From assembly GCF_006345805.1 (NCBI RefSeq), contig NC_042998.1, positions 16,864,001-16,928,000 of the forward strand: DNA of 64,000 nt, written 5' to 3'. Position 1 is the first letter of the stretch. Every line of letters begins with the position of its first letter. The notes under the pieces are model-generated. The model made no database searches, had not been told where the DNA came from, and saw only the letters and a list, made by a program, of their open reading frames with translations. Made by a program: the position numbers and the translations under genes. This document shows, piece by piece, positions 11,901 through 24,664 of the stretch. The DNA comes from Octopus sinensis (lineage: Eukaryota).

Positions 11901-12677
11901 TTATTGCATTGTTTCATTCATAATTGTTAAGTAGTGTTCGTTTTACCAAGTGAATATAATTTTTAATTCCATTTATTCCATTTCTCCGTTCATAGATTTA
12001 AGTGATGTCCGTTTTCTAGAGCGTGAATGTGGGTTGTATGTGTGTGTGTGTGGGAGTATGAATAAGTATTGTGTTGAAGTATTTAGCTATTTTATTTATT
12101 TATAGTTGCCTAGACGTTTTTATGTGTATGTATAGGGATATATATATAGGTGTGTGATTTAGTGTATGTAGTTAGATATGGTTATATATAATTAGGTATA
12201 TGTGTATGGGTGTATATATAGTTTATTATTATATTATTATTATTTTTTTGTTTTGTTTTATATTTTATATTTTATATTTTATATTTTATATTTAATTGTT
12301 GATAGGTTTATTTTAGTTTATATATTGTTTATATATTGATTATATATGGATTATATATAGGTTATATATGGATTATATATTTATATTTTTTCATTCATAC
12401 TTTATTATTTTAAATTATTATTTTTATATTTTAAAATATTGATATTTTAGATTGGAAGTCCAACTGAAGATTGTCGATCAAGACAAGAAACAATTGTAGT
12501 GGCGGTTTTTTTGACTATTTATTAAAATTTTATGTATTGATTAAGTCTTTCCTTGTTTGTTTTGCAAGATAGTGGTTTTGTCTCTAATAATATTTTATAA
12601 TATTTTACTATAAAATTGGATTTAATCCTAAATCTGATTTTTTCCCTGTAAATTTGGATTTATTCCCTAATATTTAT

Positions 12678-12680
<3 letters not shown>
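8925..12680 (+). repeat. Long 3' region of the same PLE: G/T-skewed diverged repeats, internal inversion (~9384-9835), hairpin cluster, terminal HHR motif
   Basis: GGTGTATATGTTGAGGCT-type motif at ~10149, ~10976, ~11377, ~11646 and inverted at ~9445; ~120-bp block at ~10400, ~11220, ~11915; HHR core at 12464; ends at (TA)n ~12680. Confidence 0.65.
12461..12502 (+). ncRNA. Minimal type I hammerhead motif (stem I degenerate)
   Basis: CUGAAGA-UUGUC-GAUCAA-GACAA-GAAAC-AAUU-GUA|GUGG. Palindromic stem III ACAAUUGU; stem I has only 3 bp after an A:G mismatch. Confidence 0.7.
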
Positions 12681-12729
<49 letters not shown>

Positions 12730-12740
12730 ATATATATATA

Positions 12741-12797
<57 letters not shown>

Positions 12798-12816
12798 ATA
12801 TATATATATATATATA

Positions 12817-15800
12817 CTAGCTGAAGGGACCCGCTCTACGCGCGGGTAAGAGCGTGGTATAATATATAAATATATACAAATTATATATATATATATATAT
12901 ATATATAAATACAGATATATGCACTTTGTATATATAAAAATTATTATATATACATATTTATATATAGATACACACACACACATATAAATTAACCCAATAA
13001 ATATCTGATTCATAATATTTGTTGTCATGATTGAGTGGTGGTCGTGGCGATGATAATTCTCTCTATGAATGCAAACAGATGTAGGGAGTGAGAGTGTGTG
13101 AAAGCGCTGTGGAAGGCAGGGAGGAGGGATAACGGACGCTGTGAAACGACGTTATATAGAGAAAGTGAATGTAAGGGAGGTAGACGCTGTGAAACGACGT
13201 TATAGATAGAATGTGAAAGGAAGGGAGAAAAGTGAGTGAGTGATGGAGGAAGACAGATACATAAAAGAATGTGAGTGTTGGACGTTTTGTTTGTTGGACC
13301 AATGTATTAAGGTAGTATTGTTTTATTGTTTTAAAATGGAAGAGGCAATGTGTTTGTTTAAAAAAAAAATCTGTAATAGTGAATGAAATTAGAATTGACA
13401 CCCAGCTCAGTTTTGTAGAAAGAGTATCACGACGTGAACTCATGAGTTGGGAGTTTGACTGAGAGAGTTTATATGGTGACACATGCCAGTCCTTTCGACA
13501 CCACCTAAACAATGGAATAGTGTATAAAATGTAATTAACAACTCATTCACTTTATGAATGTCTTATGTTAGCGAAGAAACAATAACTTGACAAAACCGTT
13601 TAATGGAGACGTAGAAGGAATTGGAAAATGAGGAATAAAGAGAATGAGTTGGATCAAATGTTTGAAAACATGTGAACCCAATGTTCTTTATGAAGCATGT
13701 TCTTTTTAATGTCTTTATTTTCAAGAATGAAGAGGTGCAAAATAAAAAATCAAGCAAAATTTCATGACTTACAATCAGTTTTCTTTTGTCAGAGCCTCCT
13801 GATAAACCACGTTCCTTGTGCGCTCATGATTGCCAAGAATGAAGAGTTTATGTGGATTTCCAACTCGAGAACAGGCTACGTACAATTCACCATGACTGAA
13901 AACCGGTTGTGACAGGTTAATGCCTACAATGTCCAGTGATTGTCCCTGTGACTTGTTGATTGTCATCGCGAAGCATAGTTTTATCGGAAATTGAAAGCGT
14001 TTAAACTGAATGGGAACATCAGAGGGTGAAATACTCATTTTATGTATCATCTTGATTGTTCCTACAAATGGTCCACTCAAAATTTCAGCAGTTATTACAT
14101 GGCTTTGAATCCTCCTTATAACCATTGGTGTTCCATTGCATATTTCAGGCGTTTCCATATTTCTGAGCACCATGATTGGAGCACCAACTTTCAAACACAA
14201 ATGATGAGGTGGAAGTCCCGGAGGTGTTAGCTTGTTGAGTAGCTCGGGTGGATATTTGACTGCATCATTATCATCTTTATTTGTATCGATGGACATGAAA
14301 GTAACTATCTCACCAGGAATGATATCAAGTACTTGTTTATTTGTAGCATCAGCTGTTGTATTATGAGGCGATAGAATAGCTCTTGCTCTTAGCCAATCGA
14401 GATCCTGGAAGTTTGTTTCGACGTCAGGTAAAACGGCTCTTATAAGTTCCTCTACATTTGGAACGAAATTCCCAAAAGGCAACCGAATATGCTCATCATC
14501 AACGAAAGGCAAAACTCCATCACCAAGATCTAATAGGTGTTTTGCGAAAGCCTCAGACTCCACATCACCATGAAGGTGGGCTCTCATGTTTGTTTGAAGA
14601 TGGCGACTGATAACACTGTGCCACACATAAGAATGCTTTATATATGCATTAACCTCATCGGCTCTAGTGCCTGCTCGGACAACAGGAAGAGTTTGTCGAA
14701 AATCTCCTGCCATGAGAAACGTAGCCCCACCCATTATTTTTGTATTGTGACGCAAATCTTGGAGAGTTCTGTCAAGAGCTTCAAACATGGCCTTATTACT
14801 CATTGTAGCCTCATCCCAAATAAAAAGACTGCATTCACGAAGAAGTCTTGCTCTTGAGGAACTACGATCTATATTACATATAGGATTATCTTTCTTTCCA
14901 ATGTCCATGGGCAATTTGAATGCACTATGTGCCGTACGGCCGCCTTGAAGCAGTGTCGCTGCAATACCACTTGAGGCACATGCAATGGCAATTCGGCGTT
15001 CAGCGCCCAGCTTTGCGAGAATCAAATTGATAACGAAAGTTTTACCAGTACCACCTGGAGCATTCAAAAAGAAAAGCTTTCCTTGGTTCAATGTAACGCT
15101 GTCAATAATTTCATTATAAATCTCTCTTTGTTCAGGCAAAAGTCTTGGTTCATCTCGCGTAATTGTTTCCGTCAATTCGGCAATGTTGTAGTTTTTTTCT
15201 GACATGTATTCAACATCCAAAGGCGCTTCATGATGGACAGGTGTTGGCAGATGGAATTCACTTAAACCGCGTATAACATAGCGTCTGATGTGTCTGTCCA
15301 TGTCGATTAATGCCTCATTATAAACATCGTCGTTGCCATCAGGTAGCGCTAAATTAGCCTGTATGTCCTTTGATAGGCTCTGTCTGAACGATTCCCAAAG
15401 GTTAAGAGGGTTGCTGGGATTACAGTGGATTAATATGTTACAAAACAATCGACGCATTTGCCATTGCAGTTTACAATTTGAGGCCTCTGCTAATGTCCTG
15501 TGTAAGTGGTCGTCATTGAGAAGAAGTCTGCGCCTCAAACATGCTTCCCTGTAAGTGGCGCAGATGATACCATCAACCGTGCGAAGATCAGCAAAAGACT
15601 TCGGTCCAGTAACTACATGAAGTAGCATTCTCAAAAAGAAGATTTCCTGTTTGGTAGGATGAATATTATACACACGTCCAATGACGTTCTTCCTAGAAAC
15701 ACCAGGCCAATTGTCAAGTTCTGTTCCATGTGACCTGCGCTTCCAATTATTGTTGTTGTATGTGTAATATTCCGGTACTTCAGGGTAAATGAGAGTAGCA

Positions 15801-18078
15801 GCAAACTCATCAACTGAACACAATTTAAAAAATGCTGTAAGCGTAGTCCCTTTTGGATTTTCAATGACTTGACGTGCATTTTTCTCTGTGAAGTAAACCA
15901 GCTGTCTCTTCTGTAAATGAACATTCAGGTGGAAAACTGTTGGTGAGCTTAGATGAATCCCGTATCCAAAAATGCGCCACGCTGCACAATTGGAGGATAC
16001 ATACCTACCCAAAACGAATTGTTTAATTTCGTCATGTCTAAGGTCTTCATCACTGAACAGAAACACGGCCATATCATCGCCCTTATTAATGTACTTGCAG
16101 AGGTATTGTATGCATCTCACCGAACTGCAGTACTCAACATTATTGTGTGCATTAAATGTTTTGGAAAGCAAAGGGTTGAATGGAACGATCCAGGCATTAT
16201 CAACATCGAATGTTTTTAGCCGTTGTCTAATTGTAGCTGTGCGGCCACCCAAACCTGGGTCACGCCTTCGGTAGATGGGATATCCGTCATTCATAGTGCA
16301 GGTTTGACCGCAAAAGTCTCTAGGGTACCGCTTCGAACATCTTTTATTCTTCATGCATGGACTTCTCGGATTAAAGTCACCACATGGACCGTGAATCATA
16401 TGCTTTGTCACACTGCTGTGCAGCTGAGGATCAGCATTTTGATCGGGCAACTCAGCAGATATAATTCAGTCAATATCCACAGGGTGGATTCTATCGTGAC
16501 ACCAGGCTAGCATATGAACGTGTGGAAGACCTCTCTTCTGCCATTCCACAGTATACATCCAAGCAGACAGTGGGCCAAAACTATGCAAAACTTTCATTAA
16601 AAATAGCATTTTCTTCAACTTGGCATGAAAAACGCGCGCCACAATGTCATGTCTGTTCTCTGGCAGCTGCCCAGCGAACACATTGTCTTTAATCTCTGGC
16701 CAGGTAGGATTGCAAGTAAATGTAATGAAGAGGTCCGGCTTTCCAAACTTACCGAGGTATGTCATTGCGTCCTGCATTTGTTTATTCATATACGGAGGTG
16801 AGCCAATAAATGTTGAAGGAAGAATAATACGTTTCCTACGTTGGCTGCATCACCGTCTTGACGCATTGCATCCTCTAGAGTAACGTATTCTGTTGCTCTT
16901 AATTGGTCCTGGTGAGAACGAATGTATTTTAAACGTTCGGACTCAACTTTACAATACATGTCGACCAAAAACTGATTGGTCAAAGAATGGCACCTTAGTA
17001 CTAAATTGAAATCGTTTTCTCGCACCATGAGTCAATAGGCGTAAAATGCCTTGCAGGAAACCTTCTTGTGAAGAAGTGTGAGAATTGTGGGATCAACCTT
17101 TTGAATTTCTAAGTGGTATCCATCCTCTCCATGAGGAAAAAGGAGAGGGTACTGCAAGCAATCGTAACATCGGTGTAATTCTGAAACAAAAGTCACGTCT
17201 TCGTCGCGGTGACGGAGGATTATGTCACGATTTCCATGGACCTCATCGACCATGAGTGCTGCAACTTCATTCGTAGTTGGAGCGTTGAAACGACCAGGGT
17301 GCTCACCGGCAGGAGTTTTGTCGGCATGTATCACCAATTTTAAATGAGGTTGAGAATCCAAAGTATCCATTGCATTTTTGAACTCACGAACATAAGGATG
17401 AGTCTGGTGGAGCATCATCTGAAGTACTTCAATTACACGTTGCTCAAGTTTGGATAATTTTTTTTCCTGATAGCAAGTTCCTCATCGTGACCACCAACAA
17501 AGAAAACCTGCATGAATGTAGGCTCTTTACCAGGAATCGGCCGAAGACTTCCCATTTGATGGTAGCACTGTCCATGAATTTTGTATGTGTAAAAATGTTC
17601 ATACTTCTCTGAATGATAATTAGGCTTTGTAGAATGTCTGTCGACATGGGGGTTTTCGAGTACTGTTTTCGCAACGGGTCTTGAAGGTCCAGGGACATTG
17701 AGGTTTTCCATTATTGTTGTTGTAACAGTCCATGAAGGTCCGGGGACACTGAGATATTCAGTTGTTGTCGAAGCAACATTTGAAGATCGTGGCATATTTT
17801 GTTTATTTTTATTTTCGTAGCAGAATAAATAGAGAGGGCGGAGGTGGCAGACGTCGTTGCAATGTAAACATGATTTGTTTTAAGATTTTGCAATGTAAAC
17901 ATGATTTGTTTTAAGAGAAAGATTGTCATGATTGTGTGTTGGTGGTGTTGGTGGTGGCGATGATAATTATCATTAGGAAAAAGAGTGAGTGAGGAAGACA
18001 TAAATAAGTTGTGGCGATGATAATTGTAGACCCCTTTTCACATTTTGATGAAGAGAACCCGATTTCATATAGGGGTGT

Positions 18079-18110
<32 letters not shown>

Positions 18111-18211
18111 GCACGCTGTAGAAATTAAATTAGAGATCAAACCACTAAAAGGGAAATGAAACAGTAAAAAAAACGCAAACATAAAAATAAAAATATAATA
18201 TTAGATATATG

Positions 18212-18242
<31 letters not shown>

Positions 18243-18655
18243 TGAGAGGTAGACAATAGAATGCGATGGGGCTGGCGATGTAATATTTGTTACTGTCGAT
18301 GAACGCTGATAGATACATGAGTAAAATGTATAGGAAGGTAAGAGATAGAGTGAGTGAAAATGTTCTTGGAAGAGAGTAAATCGCGACAGAGTGATTTGAG
18401 GAAGACTTTACATTAAATAACGGTAGTTGCATTGTCATATGAAGAGGAGTGACAGAGTACTGGAGGAAATAGGGTGAGGTAGGAAGATGGCCCCTAGCAA
18501 CCACACCTTTTAAGCTAGGGATTTCTAAGGTAGCCCACGCGCATCGTCACCTCATTCTACATGTCCCTGTAAATTGTGGAGCGAATCGGACGGGATGTAG
18601 TGGCATTGAAAGCGAACCAAGCGGTAAAAACGCATTTCAGTTTTATATATAGAGA
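12817..18655 (-). mobile_element. Full-length canonical Helitron (rolling-circle transposon), 5839 bp
   Basis: Minus-strand 5' end A^TCTCTATATATAAAACTG at 18655. 3' end is hairpin ACCCGC-GCGTAGA-GCGGGT (12829-12847), 8 nt, then CTAG^T at 12817. No TSD; inserted in (TA)n; Rep-Hel ORF inside. Confidence 0.92.
13775..17795 (-). pseudogene. Helitron Rep/helicase (HUH endonuclease + Pif1 SF1 helicase), 4 lesions
   Basis: YKIHGQCYH, PDLFITFTCNP.W.EI, VEWQKRGLPHVH (HUH), YLCKYINKG (catalytic Tyr), APGGTGKTF, IWDEATM, GDFRQTLPV, FAMTINKSQGQSL, GELYVACSRV. -1 frameshifts near 17448 and 16835; in-frame TGA at 17032-34 and 16466-68. The last 891 codons are open. Confidence 0.95.
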
Positions 18656-18667
18656 TATATATGTATG

Positions 18668-18753
<86 letters not shown>

Positions 18754-19172
18754 TATGTATGCATAATTAATACTACTGATTGTATTACTTAATTTACAAC
18801 AATAAAAAAGCAGAAAAGAGTATGGAACTATACGTAAAGCTCAAAGGTAACAGTGGCAGTCGAGTATCTATTTGTAGACACAGTTTCTACTATAGATTGA
18901 AATCAGCAATTTCATTAAATTGCTGAAAACTGTTTGCACCAAATACATGGATCATCGACCTCGTACTAGGAAACACAGGACTATAGCATGTGTGTAATAA
19001 TGTATATACTGTTACGTTCGAATGCCCCATTAAATACATACATATTGCATATATTCGCACATCCACACTCATACCTACACCCATACTCACTCCAGACACT
19101 CCATTATTTCTCTGTATATTTACATATGTACATATGTGTATCTTTCTATCTATCTATTTAGTTATCTCTCTC

Positions 19173-19235
<63 letters not shown>

Positions 19236-19295
19236 ATACGCACACACATATCCATCTCTCTCTCACTCGATATATATGCGTCTTTGTGCGCGCGT

Positions 19296-19335
<40 letters not shown>

Positions 19336-22109
19336 GTGCGTGCATACATACTTGTAAGTATGTATGTTTGTTTCTGAAGTACATTTCTAATTCACGTAGT
19401 AATTCGTAACGAAATACTAGAAGTGGGTTGCACATACATGTAAATTACTAATTTCTTTGAAATATATACCTGCGAAGAGGAAATAATTTCAATCCTAAAG
19501 AGTAATTACTATCACCACATGTGAAAGGGGCTACTAATTTGGAAATAATTTATATTATCGCGAGGATAAATTTAATGTTGATTGAAGAATTTATTCAGTA
19601 TGATATTTGTATTCTGAACACATAATACCTGTGCATTTGCAATACATTTGTCGATCACCTCATTAACGCTTCCCTACTAAACAATATTCTAGTGTGTGCG
19701 TGGAAAATGTTCGCTTGAAATATTGCATTTTACACATCATATAACCTCTCGTAAAATACCCATATGCCCAAATACACAGATATGATTACTTGTGAATGTT
19801 CACACTTCGCGACAATTGATGATAATGAATTATTTTGTGAACTCTCCCATGGTTTAATTGTTATCGAGGAAGATTATCACCAGTGTCACTGGATTAAAAA
19901 ATTAATCAATAATGTGAATTGGAATTGTAACAAGCTGCGTGTTTCACACTGTCAAGAACAGATATTTAAATATCTAGACTAAAATACGTAAAATTCATGT
20001 GAAGCTAACGTTATTGTTACAACAGTGGAGTGTATGATGAGAAGTGATATCAGGATCTAGTCAATTCTTGGGCTTATTATTTTTTGCTCAAATTTAGCAA
20101 TGGCCATTCTGGCATATACGTACAGGCAGATATTGAAGGCGAGCACACTAGTTTCGCAAAAATAGGATTTAATTTCGGTCATATTATAAAATACATTACG
20201 AACTTGTTCTCTACTCAACCTAGGACGTGACTAATGCTTCTTCCCGCACAATTCAGTTATGGAAGCTATACTGAATACTGTTCAAAGTGTCAATCTTGTT
20301 CTTGGGGGTGCAGAATCCGTCATCTTGCTTATCACTACCAAGTGACTCAGGATTATTTTTGCGGAATTTGCATTGCTACAAGTCAAGAAACTCACGAAAA
20401 GTGTCATGAATGCCACTCCGTTTCCTTTGACTAAAACGTTAGTAAACGCATACATGAAAATAGAGTCATACTAGTCCAATCTGTACTGCATAATCATAAT
20501 ATACTATCTGAAATTCATGGAATATGTAATGTCAAAGCATCTTAATTGAACTATTATTGCTCGGATTTGGTCAAAATTTTCATACTTAAATCAGAACGAA
20601 GTATTACAAAAGTCAATCTTGCTTGAAATTTACTCTTTGATCATCTGAGTTTGCGGTTGTAAGCTACCAACATATTGAAAGTTGTTTCCGTGCGCGACAC
20701 ATTCACTTTAAGCCAATCTCCAAAAATAATTAATATCTAAGGCATCAAATAGAAACATTCACTAAAATGTTCGTCGAAATTTTATGATAAACTCCATTTT
20801 CGTATAGGAAAATCTTGCCAATACGGATAACAGTATTTGCACTGGATATTAAGATAGCTAGTTACACGATTTGGCTAGGTCTTAATTGTATTAATTCATC
20901 TAAAAGACTTGAAACTGAAAATGTCCTTCTTTAGGGGATTGATTAACACATTCCGAACTTATACAAATGCCAGTAGTTTTTCAACTTGGCGCGAGAGCAA
21001 AATCGTTCATTTCTGAAAATTAAACTCATGGTGGTCTGAGTCAGTGACCAACATCTAATTTAAATCTTACATTAGAATTACTTTATATCACATATTAATA
21101 GTATTAGGAATGATAGAAATGCAATAAGCATAAATTTTTATCTTCGATAGAGTATTCGTCAGTTGTGCATATTTTCATTGCGTTATTACTATTGTAAAAC
21201 TTTGGATAGTGCGTGTTGTCACAGTTCGTGCATAATTTAAGAGAAAGCAAGCTTTTACAAATCAACACATTTATGTTACTGGTTCGTGTTGAGATGTAAA
21301 ATCGCAGAATATTTTCCTATAAAACATTCAAAAGTTTATATGTATCTCTAACTTTAGACATTGTATCATACAAAACCACGCATTTATTAATGTATGTAAT
21401 GATGCCAAAATTAATTTTGAGTTACAACCTTATAAACTGCGCATAGTTAAAAACTTTCTGGTTCATCTGACTTGGTCCAACATTCACTGGATATCAAATA
21501 TTTTTTTCTTTTCTTTTGCATGCAAGTTCTGTGTTATCCTGCTGAAGACCTTAAAAACTTAGAACATATTTAAGCATCTGTATATATATTTCAGCAAACG
21601 AGAATATCAATATATTTCCTGCTTTCATTTACGGTCAATAATGACATATAAAACACCAGATGTGACTTTTAATAATATTTTATGGTTTTCTAAAAATTAG
21701 ATTGCATTTCTCAGTCATAAGAAGTTTGTTTAGATTTATGCGATAATAATTAAACAAGCTTTCGTACAGTTACCCCAAGGACATATTCTTACGGACGTTT
21801 TCTCATATGGGACATGTGTACATCAATGATATAGAGGAAATATGCAAAATAAAAATTATATTTCGTTCACACACTAATTATTAAAAAACTGTACAGTATT
21901 ATGTCTTCCTCAGTTAGCACTGTGAAACAGGCATTACACATTTTTAGTTTTATTGATAATGTTGTTTTTGTTACTTTGAAATATCTATCACGACTGTTGG
22001 TTATCTCAAGATCCTTACTATTGGTGGAAATAAACCGAGGGCATTTCCTTTATGATCACCGCGTTTCATACTTTAAATGATATTTAAAATTATCTTATAT
22101 TATATGCAG

Positions 22110-23095
22110 GTGGAGTACAAACAAGGCAGGTGCAGTACAAACAAACAAATGTATTAGTATAGCGCTCAGGAATAGAACAGGTCTTTTACGTTTCGAGCCT
22201 ACGCTCTTCGACAGAAAGATACACAGAAAAAAAAAACAAGGAGAGAAACAAGGAGAGAAAAACATATGTTATATGGTATGTTCCAGTAATCGATATTTGA
22301 TGGAGATTTAGCTGCTCTATGTAGACAATCCAACGGTATTTTCATGCTTAGGCAATTTATGCGTTTTCAGAATGTTCCTTTTTGAATCCCTAGTGAGCAT
22401 AGGTAGATTTTGTGCAATAGTTTTGTATGCCTCATTGTTTCTAGGGTTATGGGTTGGTATATACGGTAGCATTTTAAAATGAGTTGTGGTGTTACATTTT
22501 GTTTCTCTTAGTGTTTTAATGTCTAATTTCTTGGCACGCATAACTCTATCATCTCTAAATTAGGGGGATATCGTTCCTCAGTTAGTGTTGTTCTGAGGCC
22601 TTAAAGACAGAGGTCTCGAGTATTGCCATCAGACACAATTGTGCAATTCCTTTTCGCTAAATTAAAGGGGATATTTCTTTGGATGTGTTTCAGGTAGCAT
22701 GATTTAAATAGATGTTATTGCTTCGAGTCCGTTGGCTTATGATACATGTCACTTACAATGTGGTTGTTGAATCTTTTTATCGTAATATCTAAGAAAAGGA
22801 GCTGTTCTTTTCTATATTCCATTCTAAATTGATTGTTAGGGTTTATATTATTTAGTTCTAATTTATATATATATATATATATATATATAAGGGAAAGTTT
22901 ACGAAAATAAACAAAAGACGAAGGCAGGTGGAGTACAAACAAACAAACGTATTAGTACAGCGCTCAGGAATAGAAAAAGTCTTTTACGTTTCGAGCCTAT
23001 GCTCTGCGACAGAAAGATACACAGAAAAAAAAAACAAGGAGAGAAACAAGGAGAGAAAAATGCGTGTAGGAGCTAACGATCTATCATGGTATCAT
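22110..23095 (-). mobile_element. Truncated Penelope-like element: pLTR - (TA)n - RT thumb fragment - pLTR
   Basis: ELNNINPNNQFRMEYRKEQLLFLDITI...SDMYHKPTDSKQ and LPYIPTHNPRN are PLE thumb/linker motifs. Direct pLTR copies at ~22110-22300 and ~22890-23095. Confidence 0.85.
22182..22219 (-). ncRNA. Hammerhead-like motif with non-canonical core (pLTR subfamily A)
   Basis: UCUUU-CUGUCGA-A-GAGC-GUAG-GCUC-GAAAC-GUA|AAAGA. Related copies at ~22980-23017, ~25131-25168, ~43205-43243 and ~407-446. Confidence 0.55.
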
Positions 23096-24468
23096 GTATA
23101 TTTTATACATCAGTTTGTACAAGCAAGGAGTAATTTGGTAAAACCGAAAGTATAATGGTTGCATGTATGCCATAATTTCTGAAATGCATGCTATCAAACG
23201 CGTACTGGCAAACGTATACTTCCATATTTATACGCAATATAGTTGCAACATAAAACTGAAACATTGATGAGCATAATAAACTATGCGTATGTATGCAGCT
23301 TGTGCTAATGTCTGTAAATATCTGTTGGTTTTATGCTTACGAATGTATATCGGTTTTGATTTTTCTGTATGCGAACTTGTATTTTACAAACTCACTTTAC
23401 GTCTTATATGTCAATAGATAGGACTTCGGTATATAGCAAAATATTAGAATAGTGTTTTTCAATTACAAAAGTGATGTAAATATGTGGAGTTGTATTGGTT
23501 GTGGACAAATGTTTGAAGTTGTTTGAAAAAATAAGTATAATACATATTTATAAAGCACAGTTGAAGTAGTGATTAATATATAATAAAGAAATCGAAGTGG
23601 TTGATAGCAGGGATAAAGACTGAAAATAGATCAGAGATAGTGACATAGAACGACAACCTCTTAAGTGAAATTGAGCTAGAGTCTGTAAGACATAAATAGA
23701 ATATGTTCGAGGCAATAATCAAGTAATGCAATATTATCATTTAGCATTATGGTGTGAAAAACCATTCCAAAAGGTGTGACAAACCATTATTTTCTTGAAC
23801 AATAATTGAAACAACTTCGAGGAAAAATAATTTCGCAAAAATAGTATTCACTATAGAATCAGCTTCAGGCTATGAATTGCAAGCTTGTTGTTAGATGTAT
23901 GGTACAGTGACAATATTAAAGCGTGAATTTAAATTTAGATTGTTAGTTGACACAGTAATCTAAGTTAATTCAGCAGCTATTTCAGTTGAAGTGACTAGTT
24001 GTGTAAGGGGTGGCTTATGCATTTCACAATGTTTATATGACAGCATTTCATGGTTTGACTGCAGCCAGTGTCATCTCACCTCATGTTCCCAGACACAATA
24101 TTTTATTGCATGACAGTACATCACCAGTTCTATTAATTCATATCAAGACTTAAATTTAACAAATATACTTTCACAAATAATCTTTGCCTTATAATATTCA
24201 GCTTTTATTTTAGTAGGAAAATACTCCTTCTAAACCAGAAACATTACAGGTATTAGAATAATGTTTAAAATTTGAAGAACAAATTTCTGCCGTTGATGAG
24301 TTCGGGAAAAAATATTGATTCTATTCTGTCATGCATTTGTGAATGTCTGTTATTTGTGAAGTGTATATGGTAATTATGTTTGGGGTGGGATCAATTGGTT
24401 TTTATCGGTCAAAGTGGCTAAACAATCGCATACAATTAGAATATGCACAGATACCAACATATATATAT

Positions 24469-24533
<65 letters not shown>

Positions 24534-24535
24534 CA

Positions 24536-24664
<129 letters not shown>

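Noticed and set aside
8930-12450. G/T-skewed AT-rich region as a mitochondrial insertion (NUMT)
   Set aside because: No recognisable mitochondrial gene, tRNA or rRNA; it is bracketed by a PLE endonuclease and an HHR.
16466-17034. Two in-frame TGA codons in the Helitron ORF as selenocysteine or readthrough
   Set aside because: They are not at Cys positions, one is at a consensus Arg (CGA>TGA), and the ORF also has frameshifts.
19764-19982. TCECSHFAT resembling an adhesion-GPCR GPS motif
   Set aside because: Upstream Trp/Cys and the downstream hydrophobic segment are missing, and splice sites are unconvincing.
20234-20434. Cys-rich ORF as a zinc finger or exon
   Set aside because: The spacing matches no motif I recognise; the alternative frame has a stop and the donor is weak.
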